A stretch of DNA of 64,000 bases. It comes from Phyllosticta citribraziliensis (taxonomy: Eukaryota). The stretch covers positions 186,001 to 250,000 of the forward strand of contig NW_027117338.1 in assembly GCF_038025025.1 (NCBI RefSeq). Direction: 5' to 3'. The position numbers and the translations under genes are program-made. The number at the start of each line of letters is the position of its first letter. Positions within the stretch are counted from its first letter, which is position 1. Under the pieces are notes generated by a model. That model was not told the DNA's origin. It did not search any database and worked only from the letters and a program-made list of their open reading frames with translations. Below, one piece after another: positions 60,379 through 64,000 of this stretch.

Positions 60379-60828
60379 ATGATGTCTTCTGTCCACACAT
60401 CAAATACGTCGAAGCAAGCCCCGGAATCTCCAAGCAATCCGACTCCAGGCGACAAACAGGCTACCCGAAGAGTTTCGTCTCTATCTGTTACCAGTCCACC
60501 TTGCGGCTTTGGCCATGAAACGCCTGACGACTTCCAGCTATTCCCAGAAGAGGAAGACCCCGAAATCTGCGAATGCGCAGTGTCTCAATCATCAACCAGC
60601 CTGAAGAAGCCTCGCTCTTCAACAGAAAAGGAGAGATGTTGTTCGGAGGGCTCTCGACCAGCGGATGATCCAGTCAAAGCGGCTAGGTGTATGTCGAATA
60701 GGATATCTCAATTCGTTGACGCGAAAGGCTCGAATTCGGAACACGGCTCATCCCACCGGACCAATGTGGGAACGACGCCACCATTCTGTGATTGCTGCGA
60801 CCGTTCCAGTTCGAAGCCGGGGAAATGA
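60379..60828 (+). CDS. Hypothetical Ser/Cys-rich protein
   Basis: 149-aa ORF with ACCATG context and TATAAA at 60292-60297; no recognisable family. Confidence 0.3.
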   Translation: MMSSVHTSNTSKQAPESPSNPTPGDKQATRRVSSLSVTSPPCGFGHETPDDFQLFPEEEDPEICECAVSQSSTSLKKPRSSTEKERCCSEGSRPADDPVKAARCMSNRISQFVDAKGSNSEHGSSHRTNVGTTPPFCDCCDRSSSKPGK

Positions 60829-61028
60829 TTGCATGAGATCAATGAGATCCAAACACGAGCAGCAGTCGCCCAAGGCATATCGAAGGCCATGCACCGTCGA
60901 CCGGAGATCTTCATGGGTTCTCAGCTCCATGCTCTGTGGCCGGATTTCTCAATGGGCCCGGCAGTTTCGCGGATCCAATACGCCGACTAAAGCGCCTGAA
61001 TGGAAACTTTCGCCCAGCTGATCTGTCC

Positions 61029-61634
61029 CTAACGTTGGGAGCTTTCGTTTTCGACGATAAAGTATTTCCCAACTCTTTTTTCCGCATGTCCTAGAACATC
61101 CCAGTCTTCGGCTGTTTTGGAGATGTCGTCCTCTCCCCTCTCCTTCGTCACAATACGTCTATAGTATTCTCCTCTTACTTCCTCTTGTGCCAGAGCTTCT
61201 TTCACAGCACTCGAGTCGAGTCCAACTTCAAGCTCTTCCTCGGCAGGTATGGACTCATCGCGGATGGCTCGAAGAGGGGAAACACCTTCCGTGTCAATCT
61301 CTTGTATGGCGCGTACGAAATGCAATTGCGACCGGAGTGTAGCCAGCATGTTTTCTTCCTCTTGGGCGGTCTTGGGTTCAGGGAGGGCCGAGAGTCGGAG
61401 CAAGTGGCGCAGTTGTTCAGGCGTGACGGCTGGGGCGTCCGCAGCTTGTGAATCAGAGGGCAGCAAAGACCTGACAGACCATGTTGGCTTGGCTAGAAGC
61501 TCATCAATATCTCCAATGGCTGTGGTTGACGACAGGCGGATAGTCCTGGTTGCGCAGACTGGAGAAGATTGTGCTGTAGCCGCGCTACTTCGTGCTCGAC
61601 TGGCGCTACGGAGCAGAGTCGAAAGTCTCAGCAT
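61029..61634 (-). CDS. GTF1: Mitochondrial glutamyl-tRNA amidotransferase subunit F (GatF/Gta3)
   Basis: Presequence MLRLSTLLRSASRAR, then PTWSVRSLL, LRHLLRLSALP, QLHFVRAIQEIDT, YFIVE. Confidence 0.82.
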   Translation of the reverse strand: MLRLSTLLRSASRARSSAATAQSSPVCATRTIRLSSTTAIGDIDELLAKPTWSVRSLLPSDSQAADAPAVTPEQLRHLLRLSALPEPKTAQEEENMLATLRSQLHFVRAIQEIDTEGVSPLRAIRDESIPAEEELEVGLDSSAVKEALAQEEVRGEYYRRIVTKERGEDDISKTAEDWDVLGHAEKRVGKYFIVENESSQR

Positions 61635-61992
61635 TATCTGGGTCGCCGCGGTCAGTGTTGGCTCTAGACAGAAGTCAACCCAATACAAGGACTGTGGCAA
61701 GCCATAATCTGTACCTCAATTTTCAGCGCAAGTTCTAGTTTCACTGATGCGAAAGAGGAGAGGATGGAAGCCGACGATCCTAGCGCGGTCCGCGGGGGAG
61801 TCTTGGCACGCCGCTGGTGCATGCGGGCGCGCTGCGTCAGTGCGCGGCGGCGCAACAGCTGCCGCCTCGTAATGCGTGGTAGCCAACTTTCCTCTCTTCA
61901 TAATCACTCCTAACATCTCACCATCGCCGTTCATTGTCCCCGCTCACACTTTACACCGCCGTCTCTACATTCCATCCTAATCAGCTCACAGT

Positions 61993-63100
61993 ATGGCTTC
62001 GGCGGATCCCAGAGTTCTGCTGCAGAAGGTGAGTGAACGGCCCTGGGCCCCACGTTGAGTCCTACAGGTGCTCATGCGCCATCCAGGCAGACAAAGCTGC
62101 CGCATCGGCGGGTTCCGGCTTCAGCTTCTTCGGCGGTCGCTCCGAGAAGTACGAAAATGCCGTCGAACTCTACAAGGACGCCGCGAACGCCTTCAGGATT
62201 CAGAAGCAGGGTCCGTCAACGTCTTTAGCTACTTTGAGACGTTCAACGTGCTGAGAGCTGCGTCACAGGCAAAGAAGCTGGCCAGGCATTTGAGCGCGCT
62301 GCGGACCTCCAAGCCGACCCAAGCAAATTGAACGAGCCTGACGATGCGGCAAACACCCGCGCCGACGCTGCCAACGCGTATTGGAAAACCGACCCCGAAG
62401 ATGCCGCGCGCTGCATGGACCAGGCCATAGAACACTACGTCAGAAAAGGCAACTTTCGACGAGCGGCGACCGCGAAACAGAAGCTGGCCGAGTTGTTCGA
62501 GGTCGAGGTTGGCGACCAGAAGAAGGCGCTTGAGCAGTACGAGACCGCAGCGAGTTGGTACGAGGACGACAGGGCTGAGGCGTAAGTCAACTTCCCAAGC
62601 CGTCCATTCTTGGTGCTTATTACGTGTCGTAGCTTGGCCAACAAGATGTGGCTCAAGGTCGCGGACTTGGCAGGTCTCGAGGGAGACTACTACAAAGCCA
62701 GCGACATTTACGAGAAGGTCGCTCGTTCTAGTATTAACAATAATTTGATGAGATGGTCCGTCAAGGAGTACCTTTTCAAGGCTGGTATCTGCCAACTGGC
62801 GACCAACGTACGTATTCGCGCAAATCTTGCGTAGGAATCACTAAACTAACGGGATAACAGGATCTGGTTGGCACCAACCGAGCCATGGAGCGTTTCCGTG
62901 AAATCGACCACACCTTCCCAGCTCAAAGGGAGCACCAGCTGCTTGTGGACCTCATCCAAGCTCTTGAGCAGTCTGATGAGGCTGCCTTTTCCGAAAAGCT
63001 TTTCCAATTCGATCAGTTGTCGACGCTGGACAAGTGGAAGACGACACTCCTCTTGCGGGTGAAGAACAACATCCAGGAAGAGGAAGAGGACTTTTCTTAG
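61993..63100 (+). CDS. SEC17: Alpha-SNAP
   Basis: FSFFGG..EKYENA, GNFRRAA, ANKMWLKVAD, LDKWKTTLLL. Introns 62029-62086, 62211-62268, 62582-62632, 62808-62860. Confidence 0.96.
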
Positions 63101-63631
63101 AGGCGCTCGTAGAGACTTGTTTGAATGCTGCACTGCTGGATCTGTTTTCTCTCTCCATTTCCGGGCGACTGAGATTGTGGAGGGGTTTCTTAATGTTTAC
63201 CTTACAATACGCAAATACCAATGAATGACATTGGATCAGGGCAAGCCACCACCTCGGACATACGCTCGTAGTACATTCACGACCACCACTCTGCTCTAGA
63301 CGATGATGTACCACGCAAGCGGAAGTGGTTGAGGCTTTTGAGGCTGTGCACGTGAAACGCTGCTTATGAAGATGCTGATGAAGTGAACATCCCAGACCCT
63401 GGAATTCGGGCACCGCCAAGCCGTCTACGTCATCGCAGTGCCGGTGCGTTCCTGCATCACTCACCAGGTGTTCACTTCGACCTTGCATCGCACCATCTAG
63501 AAAAGGCGAGCAATGTCCCTACACTAAGCTTCATTCAAAGCTTGTCCACCACCCACAGCACACCCTCAAAGAGCATAATTCAATTAACGTTTACGTTTCC
63601 AAGACCGCCCAATCGGGAAGCATATCCGGCC

Positions 63632-64000
63632 ATGTCGAAGAAGTTCGCCAAAAACATGCCGTGGTCTCACGGCAAGGACCAGAAAAAGGAGAACGAGCAG
63701 AGCTTGACGACGGTGCTCGAGACGCCGGAGCAGCGCGGCGACCTGACGCTCCTGCTGGCCAGCTGCACCGAGTCGATGCGCAAGACGCTGGCGGACGCGT
63801 TTGAAGTGCAGCTGGCGAGCCCCCAAAAGGCCGACGCCAGCGCCGAAAAGGGAAGCGACAAAGGCCAGAAGAGCAAAGCCGAAGCGGATCCCGTCAAAGC
63901 GGCAGCGGACGCAGCCGAGAGACAACGCAAAGAGCGCGACAAGCTCGAAAAGGAGCTATCAACGCCCAAAACGCAAGAGTTGAAGCTGGCGGCGCTGGAG
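63632..64000 (+). CDS. N-terminus of a probable DUF726/TMCO4-family protein (runs off window)
   Basis: Open frame from ATG 63632: SLTTVLETPEQRGDLTLLLASCTESMRK..ELKLAALE, resembling fungal DUF726 N-termini. The diagnostic domain is not in the window. Confidence 0.55.
   Translation, partial: MSKKFAKNMPWSHGKDQKKENEQSLTTVLETPEQRGDLTLLLASCTESMRKTLADAFEVQLASPQKADASAEKGSDKGQKSKAEADPVKAAADAAERQRKERDKLEKELSTPKTQELKLAALE

Overview
Eukaryotic, intron-rich DNA from a filamentous ascomycete (probably a Dothideomycete; this is inferred from gene style only). No rRNA, tRNA, CRISPR array or intact transposon was seen. About 25 protein genes were reconstructed by hand from splice signals. 1-12 kb is an accessory, cluster-like block: an A-T-R NRPS-like reductase (cut by the window edge), a D-2-hydroxyacid dehydrogenase, a secreted BBE-type FAD oxidase and an MFS transporter. 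12-37 kb is dense housekeeping DNA: DPL1, RRP12, COX12, an NDUFA4/MLRQ-like gene, an RRM-only Cyp33-like gene, SEC31, MRPL33, SEC6, dynactin p150 and PXA2. 37-51 kb holds two MFS genes (one frameshifted), a MATE, a signal-peptide agmatinase and a PTH11-like membrane protein. 52-64 kb holds MMS22/Mus7, a PIGBOS1-like microprotein, GatF, SEC17 and the start of a probable DUF726 gene. The most notable observations are: (i) a 9-intron PTH11-like gene whose best reading frame uses three GC-AG introns; (ii) COX12 head-to-head with an NDUFA4/Min8-like gene across a 329-bp spacer carrying two opposed CGG-N7-CGG motifs, with a 3-nt micro-exon in COX12; (iii) a spliced 71-aa PIGBOS1-like microprotein; (iv) a 1-nt frameshift in an MFS gene; (v) a 9-codon tandem duplication in DPL1. 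Family calls come from recalled motifs, not database searches, and I cannot confirm that anything here is undescribed.
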